Below, piece after piece: positions 50,972 through 60,600 of a DNA stretch of 64,000 nucleotides (its first letter is position 1; every line of letters starts with the position of its first letter). The position numbers and the translations under genes are program-made. The notes beneath the pieces are model-generated. The model was not told where the DNA came from, ran no database searches, and saw only the letters and a list, made by a program, of their open reading frames with translations. Origin of the DNA: Candidatus Woesearchaeota archaeon (lineage in GTDB: Archaea > Nanobdellota > Nanobdellia > Woesearchaeales > JABGUJ01); the NCBI GenBank assembly GCA_018646625.1, contig JABGUJ010000004.1:62001-126000 (forward strand), in the 5' to 3' direction.

Positions 50972-51706
50972 TTACAAGTCTTTTCCTTCTGGTTTAATAA
51001 CTTTAGAACTTCTCCAAAGCCAGTCGAAATACGCATCATAAGTCGCAACTATATTTTTATTCTCCATTACAATTGCAAAATAAGGTTCTTCCCAAATAAA
51101 TTGAGTTACTCGGTCTCCAAACAACAATAAACTAGTAGGTAGTTGTATATCTTCTGGAACCTTCCTCCACTCTTCATATTTCTGCGGAGTTATATCTTCC
51201 TCACCTTGACATATCAAAACTTTACCAGGGATTTTATTCTTTTCATACACGCTCAAGTAATATTCCATCATGTGCGGGAAAAGTGTTTCGAACTCTCTTG
51301 CCGCACCGACGACCTTGTACGGAGTTTTAGACTCAAACAAGTTTTTAATCAAAGAACGCAATCCTTCTTTACCTTTGTACACTTCAATTTTAGTTTCTTC
51401 TTTAGCAAGTTTTTGCAAACCTAACAGCTGCGGCATTAATTGATTTAATTCTCTTTTTCTTTCATCAACATCTTCCATTAATTTGTTTGGAGATGCCGCA
51501 TTAAAGTATCGAACATTTTTCTTTGTAAAAAAACTCACTAGCCCTTTGTCAATCAACTTCTCAATAATACTATAACACAGAGTTCGTTCTATTCTCGTCT
51601 CTTTTGAAATCTGTGTGGCTGTTATAGCTCCCAATTTAAGCAAAGCCAGGTATATCTTAATCTCTTTTCCTTCCAGACCTAATTTTTCTAAAACATCTGT
51701 ATCCAT
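50972..51706 (-). CDS. TrmB-family transcriptional regulator
   Basis: LEKLGL..KEIKIYLALLKLG..TATQISKET.IERTLCYSIIEKLIDKGLV, FNAASP, YKGKEGLRS, YFDWLW. Confidence 0.9.
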   Translation of the reverse strand: MDTDVLEKLGLEGKEIKIYLALLKLGAITATQISKETRIERTLCYSIIEKLIDKGLVSFFTKKNVRYFNAASPNKLMEDVDERKRELNQLMPQLLGLQKLAKEETKIEVYKGKEGLRSLIKNLFESKTPYKVVGAAREFETLFPHMMEYYLSVYEKNKIPGKVLICQGEEDITPQKYEEWRKVPEDIQLPTSLLLFGDRVTQFIWEEPYFAIVMENKNIVATYDAYFDWLWRSSKVIKPEGKDL

Positions 51707-51738
51707 GATATTATTAATACACGGGCCATTATTTAAAT

Positions 51739-51757
51739 GTTGTTAATTATTCACAAC
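51739..51757. promoter_or_regulatory. Imperfect palindrome between the divergent TrmB and solute-binding-protein promoters; candidate TrmB operator
   Basis: GTTGTTAATTATTCACAAC (8 of 9 pairs) lies between tatttaaa (~51730) and ttatata (~51764). Confidence 0.45.
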
Positions 51758-51839
51758 AGAGGCTTATATACTTTCTCGCCTTTTTCCATTTCAAGGGTGT
51801 TCTGAGCAATATAGTTGATAGAAGGAGGTCTAAGATAAA

Positions 51840-52967
51840 ATGAACTCAATAACCAAGATAGCGTTAGCTATTTTCATGTGTTTGATAATTATGGGCTGTG
51901 GCTCACAAACTATTACTGGTAAAGTTATAGAACGAGAACAAACAATCAAAGTAGGATTCATTGCTCCGCTAACTGTTCTTGCAGAAGTCGGAGAAGAAAT
52001 GCGCAACGGTGTAGAGCTAGCACTAGATGATGTTAATGATCCAAGACTAAAGATCATAATTGAAGATGGACAATGCCAACCAAAGCCAGCAGTAAACGCA
52101 GCACAAAAGTTAATGACGGTCGACAAAGTAATTGCAATCATCGGGCCTGCGTGTACAACATCTATCTTACCTGTTGCACCTTTGGCTAATCATTACAAAA
52201 TTCCTATTATTGGAACTGTAGATTCCAGTGAGGATATTGGAAAAGCGGGTGAGTATGTTTTCTCGGCAGGATTTTCTGTAGAAGATGGTGCGAAGTTGAT
52301 GGCAAACTTCGCATATACTGAACTAGATGCAAGAACTGCTTCGTTGTTGTACGACACAGACGATTGGGCTCAAGTTTTAACTGAGAGCTTTAAACAAGAG
52401 TTTGAGATGCTTGGAGGAACTGTGTTAGACCATTTACATCATGATATTTCATCTAAAGATTATAGAACTGAGCTTCTTAAGATGAAACACTCCAACCCTG
52501 ATGTTCTATATACCATTCCTCTTACTCTTGACGGCACAATATTAAGGCAGGCAAGAGAGCTAAAGCTAACGCAAACGTTCTTGGGTGCGGATTCGTTTGG
52601 AATCGAAAGTGTAATTGAAGGTGCAGGACCTGCTGCGGAAGGAACATTCTTTTCTTATCAATTACCTTACAACCAAGAAACTGAAGACAAGCTAGAAACT
52701 CTAAGACAGAAGTATCTTGCAAAGTTTGGAAAAGAACCTTTCAATCTGCTTTATGTTGGAATGGCCTACGACAATGTGGTTATGCTCTCTAAAATATTAA
52801 AACACGCAAAAACATCGGAAGAAGTCAAAGACGCTTTGGCTCACATGGAACCACATCAAGGTTTCATAGGGGTGATTGACTTTGATGAGCGAGGCTTGGC
52901 TAGCAGACCACAATTCATCAACACAATACATAACAACGAGTTTGAGAGTGTAGACTTCCAAACTTAA
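51840..52967 (+). CDS. Branched-chain amino acid ABC-type substrate-binding lipoprotein (LivJ/LivK-like), orphan
   Basis: IMGC lipobox; IKVGFIAPLT, EDGQCQP..AVNAAQKL, IIGPACT, DYRTEL.K; GGAGG upstream; no permease or ATPase adjacent. Confidence 0.88.
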   Translation: MNSITKIALAIFMCLIIMGCGSQTITGKVIEREQTIKVGFIAPLTVLAEVGEEMRNGVELALDDVNDPRLKIIIEDGQCQPKPAVNAAQKLMTVDKVIAIIGPACTTSILPVAPLANHYKIPIIGTVDSSEDIGKAGEYVFSAGFSVEDGAKLMANFAYTELDARTASLLYDTDDWAQVLTESFKQEFEMLGGTVLDHLHHDISSKDYRTELLKMKHSNPDVLYTIPLTLDGTILRQARELKLTQTFLGADSFGIESVIEGAGPAAEGTFFSYQLPYNQETEDKLETLRQKYLAKFGKEPFNLLYVGMAYDNVVMLSKILKHAKTSEEVKDALAHMEPHQGFIGVIDFDERGLASRPQFINTIHNNEFESVDFQT

Positions 52968-52978
52968 TTTTTTATTTT

Positions 52979-54916
52979 TTAGAATTCTACTTTTACAACA
53001 TCACGATCGAGTTTATGGATACAATCTAGCATTCTGTCCTTTAATTCATAATTGTCAGTTGCTTTAGCTATTTGCTTCAATACATCAATCACTCTTCTGA
53101 ATAATCTAATAATATCTCCCTCTAACAAGTTTGTATTCTTCATCAAACTTTCAAACGTCGCACCATTAGCCCACGACTTAAACAGTTTAACCATTCTTTT
53201 TACATTAAGTCTTTTTACTCTTTTAGACAAGATCTTATTCTTAGAAACCGACTTTAATATTCTGTTAAAATCTTTATCAATATTCTGGAAATTAAATTTA
53301 TCGCTCATTCTTGGTTCATATTCGAGAGCGGCAATCAATATAAGCACATCAACATCGCTCAAACCATCCAACACACCGTTGAATACCATCTCTCCAATCT
53401 CGAGCTCATGAGAATAAATCATCGTGGTGAACTTTCCTTTAGGGGTTAATTTCCCTTCCTTGTCCACATGTCCGAGCTTTTTCAACTGTCGAACTTTATT
53501 CTTATAACTTGTAATAATTCTACTTTGTTTAGCTGACTGTCTTTTTACGAAGAAACCAAAGTTACTTCTTAATATTCTTTCAATCTTATCAGGATCATGA
53601 GCACTTATTAAGTTAACAACTGTATTGTAAGAGGTATCAAACCTGCTCACCATCGGATCTACATCCTTAGATGTTATCTTAATAACTTTGTCCAGATCCA
53701 CGTTGTTTCGATCTATAATCACTATTGCTCTACCAAACTCATCTATACCTCTTCTTCCCGCTCTTCCTGCAATCTGAAAATATTCTTTAGAATTTAAGTA
53801 ACGAAAGCTAATACCATCATATTTCTCCATGCTACCAAAGCAAACAGTCTTTGCAGGCATGTTTATACCAACTGCAAACGTTTCTGTAGTATAAAGAACT
53901 TTAATTATTCCTTTGTTAAACAATTTTTCAACTATTTCTTTTAAAATTGGCAACAAACCTGCATGATGTATACCAATTCCTTTAGTTAATACTTTTTTCA
54001 AGACACTCACAGAACTAAGATGTTTTATTCCATCTGTAACGTTCTTGTTTATGAAACTAATTATCTCCGCTTTTTCTTCGTCTGTTGTGAAATCAAGTTT
54101 AGCATCAACTAAGGCTAATGCATTTGTTTGACATGCTTTTCTTGAGAAACAAAAGAAAAATGCAGGCAATTGCCCTTTTTCTTCCAACTCTTCTATTAAG
54201 TCAATATGACTCGGAACTGGAATTCTGATTCGTTTTTTTCTCTTCTTCCCACCAGCACTCATAACCTTTTCATAGCTAGGGAACGAGTTATCATATTTTA
54301 AGATCGGCTTAAGTTCCTTTGCTGTAGTAATGCCTTCATTAATATCAAATACATAATGATTCAACGGAACCGCTCTTTTCATGTAAGTAACCAAGTCAAC
54401 TGTGTGTCCTTTTACTTCTTGAATCCATTGCCCAAACTGTTTAGCGTTAGGAATGGTTGCACTCAAGCAAAGAAATCTTACATTTTCTGGAGAAAAGATA
54501 ATAGATTCTTCCCATACTGTTCCTCGTTCTATATCACTTAAGAAATGAATTTCATCAAATATCACATAAGTTATTTCATCTACAACAGGATCATGACTCA
54601 ACAACATATTTCTATAGATCTCTGTTGTCATTATCAAGATCTGGGCTCTATCGTTAATGGTAACATCTCCTGTCAACAATCCGATCTTATCCCCGTAATC
54701 TTCCTTAAACTCTCGAAATTTCTGATTAGATAAAGCCTTAATAGGTGCTGTATATACTACTCTTTTATCTTCCTTAATTGCTTTATTAATTATGTAATCC
54801 GCAATCAAGGTTTTTCCTGTACCTGTAGCTGCACTAACAACTACAGAATTATTTTTTTCTATAGAATGAATAGAATCTTCCTGAAACTTGTCCAGCTCAA
54901 AATTTTTATATCTCAT
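52979..54916 (-). CDS. Ski2/Mtr4/HelY-like SF2 RNA helicase
   Basis: LDKFQ, ATGTGKT, YTAPIKALSNQKF, MTTEIYRNML, DEIH, LSATIPN, HHAGLLP, TETFAVGINMPA, AGRAGRRG and DSHCT-like EGDIIR. Confidence 0.95.
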   Translation of the reverse strand: MRYKNFELDKFQEDSIHSIEKNNSVVVSAATGTGKTLIADYIINKAIKEDKRVVYTAPIKALSNQKFREFKEDYGDKIGLLTGDVTINDRAQILIMTTEIYRNMLLSHDPVVDEITYVIFDEIHFLSDIERGTVWEESIIFSPENVRFLCLSATIPNAKQFGQWIQEVKGHTVDLVTYMKRAVPLNHYVFDINEGITTAKELKPILKYDNSFPSYEKVMSAGGKKRKKRIRIPVPSHIDLIEELEEKGQLPAFFFCFSRKACQTNALALVDAKLDFTTDEEKAEIISFINKNVTDGIKHLSSVSVLKKVLTKGIGIHHAGLLPILKEIVEKLFNKGIIKVLYTTETFAVGINMPAKTVCFGSMEKYDGISFRYLNSKEYFQIAGRAGRRGIDEFGRAIVIIDRNNVDLDKVIKITSKDVDPMVSRFDTSYNTVVNLISAHDPDKIERILRSNFGFFVKRQSAKQSRIITSYKNKVRQLKKLGHVDKEGKLTPKGKFTTMIYSHELEIGEMVFNGVLDGLSDVDVLILIAALEYEPRMSDKFNFQNIDKDFNRILKSVSKNKILSKRVKRLNVKRMVKLFKSWANGATFESLMKNTNLLEGDIIRLFRRVIDVLKQIAKATDNYELKDRMLDCIHKLDRDVVKVEF

Positions 54917-55011
54917 ATTCTACTTTAAACGACCAATCCTTGATTTATATAGTTATCCTTTGACCATTTCCATTCAATAGCTTTTTAAACCCCTTAAACC
55001 GCAAAAAACAC

Positions 55012-56187
55012 ATGCACCACGGCATAATCAAGTCACGTCACAGAAAGGTACATAGCATTGCAGACATGTCTGCTGTCAATGTTATCACTTGCATAGGTGT
55101 GTCTTTAGCATTTACATTCTGGGCAGTTTTCCTAAAATCATTTCTACATGAAGATTATCTAGTTGGTTTGGCTACTGGTGTGTTTACTTTAGTATCATTA
55201 TTCGCACATTTCTATTTTGTACCTTTAGTGCAAAAGTCAGATGAGGCCAAACTCTATGTCTACTGTTTAATTTCATTAATGCTTGGATATTTAGTATATT
55301 TCATCACCCGAAACGTATGGGTATTTTTACTCGTAACGATGGGAGTAATCATAGCCAGAGTATTACGAAGAGAATCGTTTGGTATTTTACTAAGAGATAA
55401 TTCCAGCAGAAAAACCATTGCAAAAAACGAAGGGTTTCTTTACACGATGAGTAACATTGGTTGGGTTCTTGGTCCATTAATTGCGGGACTCATTGCAGCA
55501 AACTATGATGTACGTCATGTATACTTGTTCGCAGGACTGTTCATGTTCTTGGCAATCATTGCATTTGCATTTTTCAAAATCGAAGATAAAAATCATAAGA
55601 AAGTTAAGATAGATAGCAGTACTTGGAAAACACTAAAACACCTTGCCACTCACAAGTATCTAAGAAAAGCATACTTAGTAAGTATGGGTCTAAACATCTG
55701 GTGGGCTGCGGTCTACATTTACATGCCTTTATTGATAATGAAACATCTTAGTGCGGTCTGGGTTGGTTATTTCTTATTTGCAATTCCTATTCCTATGGTT
55801 ATGTTAGAGTACATGGTCGGCAAGTATGAGAAAAAGTTCAGTGCCCGAAAGTTCTTTGTAATCGGATACGCGATGTTGGCAGTAATCTCAGTAGCCGCAT
55901 TCTTTGCACCAAACATATATTGGATCTTAGGATTGTTCATTTTCGGAAGCATTGCCGCTTCTCTAATTGAACCAACGCGAGAATCATATTTCTTTGAACT
56001 AGTACCTCAAAAAGATGAAAAAAGCTACTACGGACCATACATGTCTTCTATGGAAGTTGGAAGATTAGTAGGCAGATTTGGATTTGCACTTGTAATACTC
56101 TTCTTACCATTCAATGCAATATTTATTTTCTTAGCACTTGCAATGCTAGCAACTTCTATTATTTCATTAAAATTAAAGAAAGTTTAG
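55012..56187 (+). CDS. MFS transporter
   Basis: About 12 hydrophobic segments; NIGWVLGPLIAG; TATA ~30 nt upstream. Confidence 0.88.
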   Translation: MHHGIIKSRHRKVHSIADMSAVNVITCIGVSLAFTFWAVFLKSFLHEDYLVGLATGVFTLVSLFAHFYFVPLVQKSDEAKLYVYCLISLMLGYLVYFITRNVWVFLLVTMGVIIARVLRRESFGILLRDNSSRKTIAKNEGFLYTMSNIGWVLGPLIAGLIAANYDVRHVYLFAGLFMFLAIIAFAFFKIEDKNHKKVKIDSSTWKTLKHLATHKYLRKAYLVSMGLNIWWAAVYIYMPLLIMKHLSAVWVGYFLFAIPIPMVMLEYMVGKYEKKFSARKFFVIGYAMLAVISVAAFFAPNIYWILGLFIFGSIAASLIEPTRESYFFELVPQKDEKSYYGPYMSSMEVGRLVGRFGFALVILFLPFNAIFIFLALAMLATSIISLKLKKV

Positions 56188-57230
56188 AACTCATAACCTA
56201 GCATTAACATTGCACGCCACATATCTTTCTTAAGAACTTTACTTAAATCTCGAGTTTCAACTTTTCCACCTGGATCGGCATCTGTTGCTAAAACGCCTTC
56301 ATCAAAACCATGTCTTTCATGAACATTAACCCACACTCTATTTACTCTGTATGCGCCGTCTAAAATTATGTGGAAATCATAGATTCTAAAATCTAATTGT
56401 AGTCTTGCATCGAACGCAACACCCCATCCTTCGGTATTAACATCAATACTTTCGTTAGAATATATCTCAAATGCCCTTAACGGAGGAAACATTGCTAAAG
56501 TATCTTCATTTAACATCTGCATATCGATGCTCGTATGACTGTTGTGATAGGATGGTCCAACACCTGCACCAATTCCTGGCGCCCAATCAAAACAACCTGC
56601 TTTCAATTCAGGAACATAGTACATTGCTCCTAAAGTTAAATTTCCAGAAAATATTAATTCTTGAGTCCAATCAAAAGCCACATCACCTATTGGTAAAAAG
56701 CTCCCTTCTAGAATCTCAATGTTTGAATCGTGAACGCGACTATCAATAGTTTTCTTTCCGAATGAAGATGCAAAATCAAATTCACCAAATAACTTTAACT
56801 TACCATACTGCTCTGGTATCAATCCTAAATCTAACATCACACCCAGATTGATCATTGGAACTATTGTATCGAATGTTAACTGATCTGCAACACCGGGCAT
56901 AGATTTGTAATAGTCAATTGCTTCCTGCGTGTATCTTTCCATATCGCCGCCATAGCTTGGATGTAGAACACCACCAACGCCTGCACCTATGTAGGGCATA
57001 ACTCGGATTCTTTTTTTCTTTGGTAACCATAGTGTTGGAGCAGCATTTCCTTCATCATCTGCTGGAGCTACTCTATCTTCTAAGGGTTCACTAGCAGCTA
57101 CTGGTAGAACAAGCTCGTGGCCTGCTGGTTGTATTATTAATCCATCTCCATCATCTGCTTTAGCTGGAGATGCCGCAAGCAACAAAGCCAAGGCAGCGGC
57201 CGATAGAATTCCTGTAAATGCTCCTCTCAT
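56184..57230 (-). CDS. Secreted hypothetical protein with outer-membrane-beta-barrel-like features
   Basis: Signal peptide ending SPAKA; alternating amphipathic strands (PYIGAGVGG, NLGVMLDLG, GIGAGVGPSY); C-terminus LMLGYEF. Confidence 0.7.
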   Translation of the reverse strand: MRGAFTGILSAAALALLLAASPAKADDGDGLIIQPAGHELVLPVAASEPLEDRVAPADDEGNAAPTLWLPKKKRIRVMPYIGAGVGGVLHPSYGGDMERYTQEAIDYYKSMPGVADQLTFDTIVPMINLGVMLDLGLIPEQYGKLKLFGEFDFASSFGKKTIDSRVHDSNIEILEGSFLPIGDVAFDWTQELIFSGNLTLGAMYYVPELKAGCFDWAPGIGAGVGPSYHNSHTSIDMQMLNEDTLAMFPPLRAFEIYSNESIDVNTEGWGVAFDARLQLDFRIYDFHIILDGAYRVNRVWVNVHERHGFDEGVLATDADPGGKVETRDLSKVLKKDMWRAMLMLGYEF

Positions 57231-57287
57231 TGTAACCCAAATATCTATTGCATATAAAAAAGATTCGCTAATTCAACAAGAACGTTA

Positions 57288-58217
57288 TTAACCGTCTTGG
57301 GACGAATTAGAAATACGCAAAAACTCTTCTTCAAACTTAGTTGCAATTACAGAGTCATGTATTATTAACACATTTTCATCATTATTCACATCCCCATTTA
57401 TACTTGGGTTAAAACTTCCTGTCACAATAATTTCACTATCGACAATAAACACTTTATGATGCATATTTGCTCCATTATTATCCCACTTAACATCTAAACT
57501 TTTATTCATTATATCAAATTGACTGTATTTGCTATTCTGACTTTTCTCCATCACACCTTTTACTTCAATTTTTCCTGATTTCTCAATCAAAACTTCAGCA
57601 ACCTTTCGATGCGTAAACGAAAAGACCATAAAATGTATTGACTTTTCTGCAGAATCAAGAACATCTATTATTTTATTGGCACACCAATCTTCTGGGCAGA
57701 AATAATTCTCATACAATTTACCATTGAGAGTCATCTTTGATCTTTTTGTCTTAAGACCTCCTCCATACACTCCTACTTGTAGTTCATAAAACTCTTTCAA
57801 ATAGTTCTCTGCTAACAAGCGAGACCTAACGAGCACAACATTGTTGTTATTAACAGAATCTCCGCGATGGGTGGGATTAAAACTACCTGTCCAAACCATA
57901 GAAGAATCAAATACGCAAAACTTATTGTGCATATATTGAAACTTAGTGTCTTTGATTGTAAAGTTTAAGCGTTGATCATAATTTATGTTATCAACGACGA
58001 CCGAAGCATTCTTTATTTTCAATATTGAAATTATTCCCTCTCTATCAACATCGAACAAAGCACACTTTACTTCTTCACTTTGATTAATCAAATAAATTAA
58101 GTTCTTGCCGCAATCATCTCTAGGGCAAAACAACACAATGGTGTGCGTATCTTCTTCACTAATATTTTCTGCACAACCAAACAACACAAGAACCATCAAC
58201 AAAAAGAATATCCTCAT
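57288..58217 (-). CDS. Phospholipase D/nuclease family lipoprotein (two HKD motifs)
   Basis: LFGC lipobox; YMHNKFCVFD..WTGSFN and NMHHKVFIVD..TGSFN. Confidence 0.92.
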   Translation of the reverse strand: MRIFFLLMVLVLFGCAENISEEDTHTIVLFCPRDDCGKNLIYLINQSEEVKCALFDVDREGIISILKIKNASVVVDNINYDQRLNFTIKDTKFQYMHNKFCVFDSSMVWTGSFNPTHRGDSVNNNNVVLVRSRLLAENYLKEFYELQVGVYGGGLKTKRSKMTLNGKLYENYFCPEDWCANKIIDVLDSAEKSIHFMVFSFTHRKVAEVLIEKSGKIEVKGVMEKSQNSKYSQFDIMNKSLDVKWDNNGANMHHKVFIVDSEIIVTGSFNPSINGDVNNDENVLIIHDSVIATKFEEEFLRISNSSQDG

Positions 58218-58341
58218 ACTAAAACCATTCCAGAACCAATTATAACTTCATTCCAATAGATCTCGAAACTCTTCCATTATTCTCGTAATATTTTCAAAAC
58301 CCTCAGAAATCTTTAAATAGCCTCGTTCGCCTATTAACACA

Positions 58342-59412
58342 ATGTACGGCAAACTATCATTTATTGCGATTGTTATCATGCTCTTCTGTATAGGTTGTGG
58401 ATCTACTGCAAACATTAATGAAACGACTAATGAAACAAACACTTCATCGCTTGAAACTACTGAATTAGAAACTCAACCAATCATTGCTGGACAATACAAC
58501 GACAACGGGATAGAATTCACATACCCTGAAGATTGGGAGGTCAACTTATCCGTATCAAGCAGAATACTCTTCTTCGCTCACGATCCAACAACTGAAGACA
58601 AGTTTGACGAAGCTCTCATTGTATCTAGATATTCTAACAAGAAAGATCATACAGTCTGGTCAATTCAGAACAAAGTAGAAGAAGACCTTGAATTTATGAA
58701 CGGTTTTCAGAAGAGAGAATTTGCAACTCTAGATCACTACGCGATACGCTTCAGCTATAAAGATGAACTTGCAGACAAATATCGTTTATCAAAGAGACTA
58801 TACATAATCTCTGAAGATTATTACTATACTGTTGAATTTCTAACAGATTCAGACAGTTATGATGATTATCTTCATGGCTTCAAGAACATAGCAAAAACCA
58901 TCAAGATAGAAAATACTACATTAAACATCACGGAACTTTTCGATGGCCCCGATCTTCATGAATACCAAATTCCTGAAAAGCCAGTAAAAGAGATTGAATA
59001 CGAGGAGAGTGACGATCCAACACAACCTCCTAAACCTAAATACACCAATAAAGATTTCATACAAAAAGATGAAAATATTCTTTACGACTTCAACGGTAGA
59101 ATAACTGACAAAGACCAAGAAGATCTGCACTCTTTTACAGTAAAAGAACCCGGTTATGTTCTAACCGAAACCGCATACTGGGGGAAAGGAACTGGAAGAC
59201 TTACAACTGAAATATATCAATTCTTAAGTGATCCACCTGTTGACTGGGATTACGCAGAAGATGATGATTCCTTCTCAGAAAACATAAAATACGATCCGGG
59301 AAAATATATTGTAAAAGTGCGACCATATACTGACGCAGATTTAGGCGTATATACATTCAAAGCAAAATGGTGTGAAGATAAATGCCAACTTACTGGTCAA
59401 TCAACTTCTTAA
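58342..59412 (+). CDS. Lipoprotein with PsbP-like domain and a C-terminal beta-sandwich
   Basis: CIGC lipobox; GIEFTYPEDWEV PsbP-like motif; TTTAAATA exactly 30 nt upstream. Confidence 0.7.
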   Translation: MYGKLSFIAIVIMLFCIGCGSTANINETTNETNTSSLETTELETQPIIAGQYNDNGIEFTYPEDWEVNLSVSSRILFFAHDPTTEDKFDEALIVSRYSNKKDHTVWSIQNKVEEDLEFMNGFQKREFATLDHYAIRFSYKDELADKYRLSKRLYIISEDYYYTVEFLTDSDSYDDYLHGFKNIAKTIKIENTTLNITELFDGPDLHEYQIPEKPVKEIEYEESDDPTQPPKPKYTNKDFIQKDENILYDFNGRITDKDQEDLHSFTVKEPGYVLTETAYWGKGTGRLTTEIYQFLSDPPVDWDYAEDDDSFSENIKYDPGKYIVKVRPYTDADLGVYTFKAKWCEDKCQLTGQSTS

Positions 59413-59845
59413 TTGCATCATAACTCTTCAACAAGCTATATCTCGTCTGAGGATATTTCTCTGACAACTTCGCAACTAAATCTTTTATTTCGTCCTTTTT
59501 AATTTTCAAAGAAATCTTGTTTGCTTTAGCATACTGCAACAATTCTTCATCACTAACAAACTTAAACAACTTAATAATTTTAGAATTTTCTTTCTTCAAC
59601 TTTTTATTATTCAGTACACAACGCAGTAATTCTTTATCTTCATCATCTAATGTCCATAAAACTACTTTTTTATCGTGCTTTCCGCTCTTCACAACCTTGT
59701 GCGGTAATCCTTTTACTGCTTTCTTTAAACAAAACTCTACAATTTTATCTTCTACCAGAACTAGCTCATCTTTCTTAATCGGATTTAGCTTTATTGCTTT
59801 CCTTAACTTCCTTTCAAAGCTTTCTGCTGATCGTTTTTCCACCAT
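59390..59845 (-). CDS. Hypothetical basic protein (151 aa)
   Basis: Lys-rich ORF with ATG and upstream AT-rich promoter-like sequence; no family recognised. Confidence 0.65.
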   Translation of the reverse strand: MVEKRSAESFERKLRKAIKLNPIKKDELVLVEDKIVEFCLKKAVKGLPHKVVKSGKHDKKVVLWTLDDEDKELLRCVLNNKKLKKENSKIIKLFKFVSDEELLQYAKANKISLKIKKDEIKDLVAKLSEKYPQTRYSLLKSYDAIKKLIDQ

Positions 59846-59954
59846 ATATTGCCCTTTTATAATGCTCTTTATATCATTTTTGTAAGTTTTATAAATGTCG
59901 TCACTACTCCAGAGTGCTCCCGAATCCGAAATATTTAAATATGAAGAGAACCAC

Positions 59955-60047
59955 TGATAAGTAAGAACGGGGGAAAGGTTCTACTTTTTATCACAATCAC
60001 CTCTTTTTCCCAACAAAGTGCTCTTCGGAGTGCTTTGCTTGGGTTTT
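59955..60047 (+). ncRNA. Candidate structured small RNA ending in a C(UUCG)G hairpin and U-tract
   Basis: TTTAAATA at 59934 with no sizeable ORF behind it; hairpin AGAAC/GTTCT; single-stranded ATCACCTC; stem CCCAA-CAAAGTGCTC-TTCG-GAGTGCTTTG-C-TTGGG followed by TTTT. Confidence 0.5.
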
Positions 60048-60129
60048 ACATCATCTAACATCTACAAAATCAAAACAAGTTTCATAGAAACATTTTTAAA
60101 TAAATCAAAAAATCTTGAAAATAGGGAAA

Positions 60130-60555
60130 ATGGGAGGAACTGACTTACCACTACAAGCTAGAATTCTTTTGCTTAATATAGATCCTGCGGTAGGACGAGT
60201 TATGCAAAGAGCTACGAAGAAGGTACTTGATCGAACATATGAGTTTCCAACTCAAACAGGAAGATCTGTAGAATCACTTGATGGTCAGCTAGAAGGTGTT
60301 GATTTAGTTATAATGAGTATAGGCAATGTTCCCGCTTTACAAGACAAAAGCTATGCTCAACTAGATGATCTTGTTGAGCAAGGAACTAAAACCATAGTTA
60401 TGTCTGGTGGCGGAAATAGTGCTACTGCTTATGGTAGGGGCGCCAACGGATATATTGCTTTGCCTGCAAATTCAGAACTAATGGCACAAACACTTCAAGA
60501 TGTTCTTACTGTAGGTAAAGACGCAGGAAGAATACGTTATGACCAAGCACATTAG
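60130..60555 (+). CDS. Degenerate response-regulator receiver (CheY-like) domain protein
   Basis: ILLLNID, VDLVIMS, IVMSG, AYGRGANGYI receiver-like pattern. ATG 60130 is preferred to TTG 60115 given the TATA at ~60095. Confidence 0.6.
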   Translation: MGGTDLPLQARILLLNIDPAVGRVMQRATKKVLDRTYEFPTQTGRSVESLDGQLEGVDLVIMSIGNVPALQDKSYAQLDDLVEQGTKTIVMSGGGNSATAYGRGANGYIALPANSELMAQTLQDVLTVGKDAGRIRYDQAH

Positions 60556-60600
60556 AATCTAATTCTATTCTTTAATTTAACTTTAAGAGGTGAGGGAAAC

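Noticed and set aside
59994..60008. 16S rRNA 3' end (ATCACCTC)
   Set aside because: Only the short anti-SD-like motif is present, with no rRNA sequence upstream.
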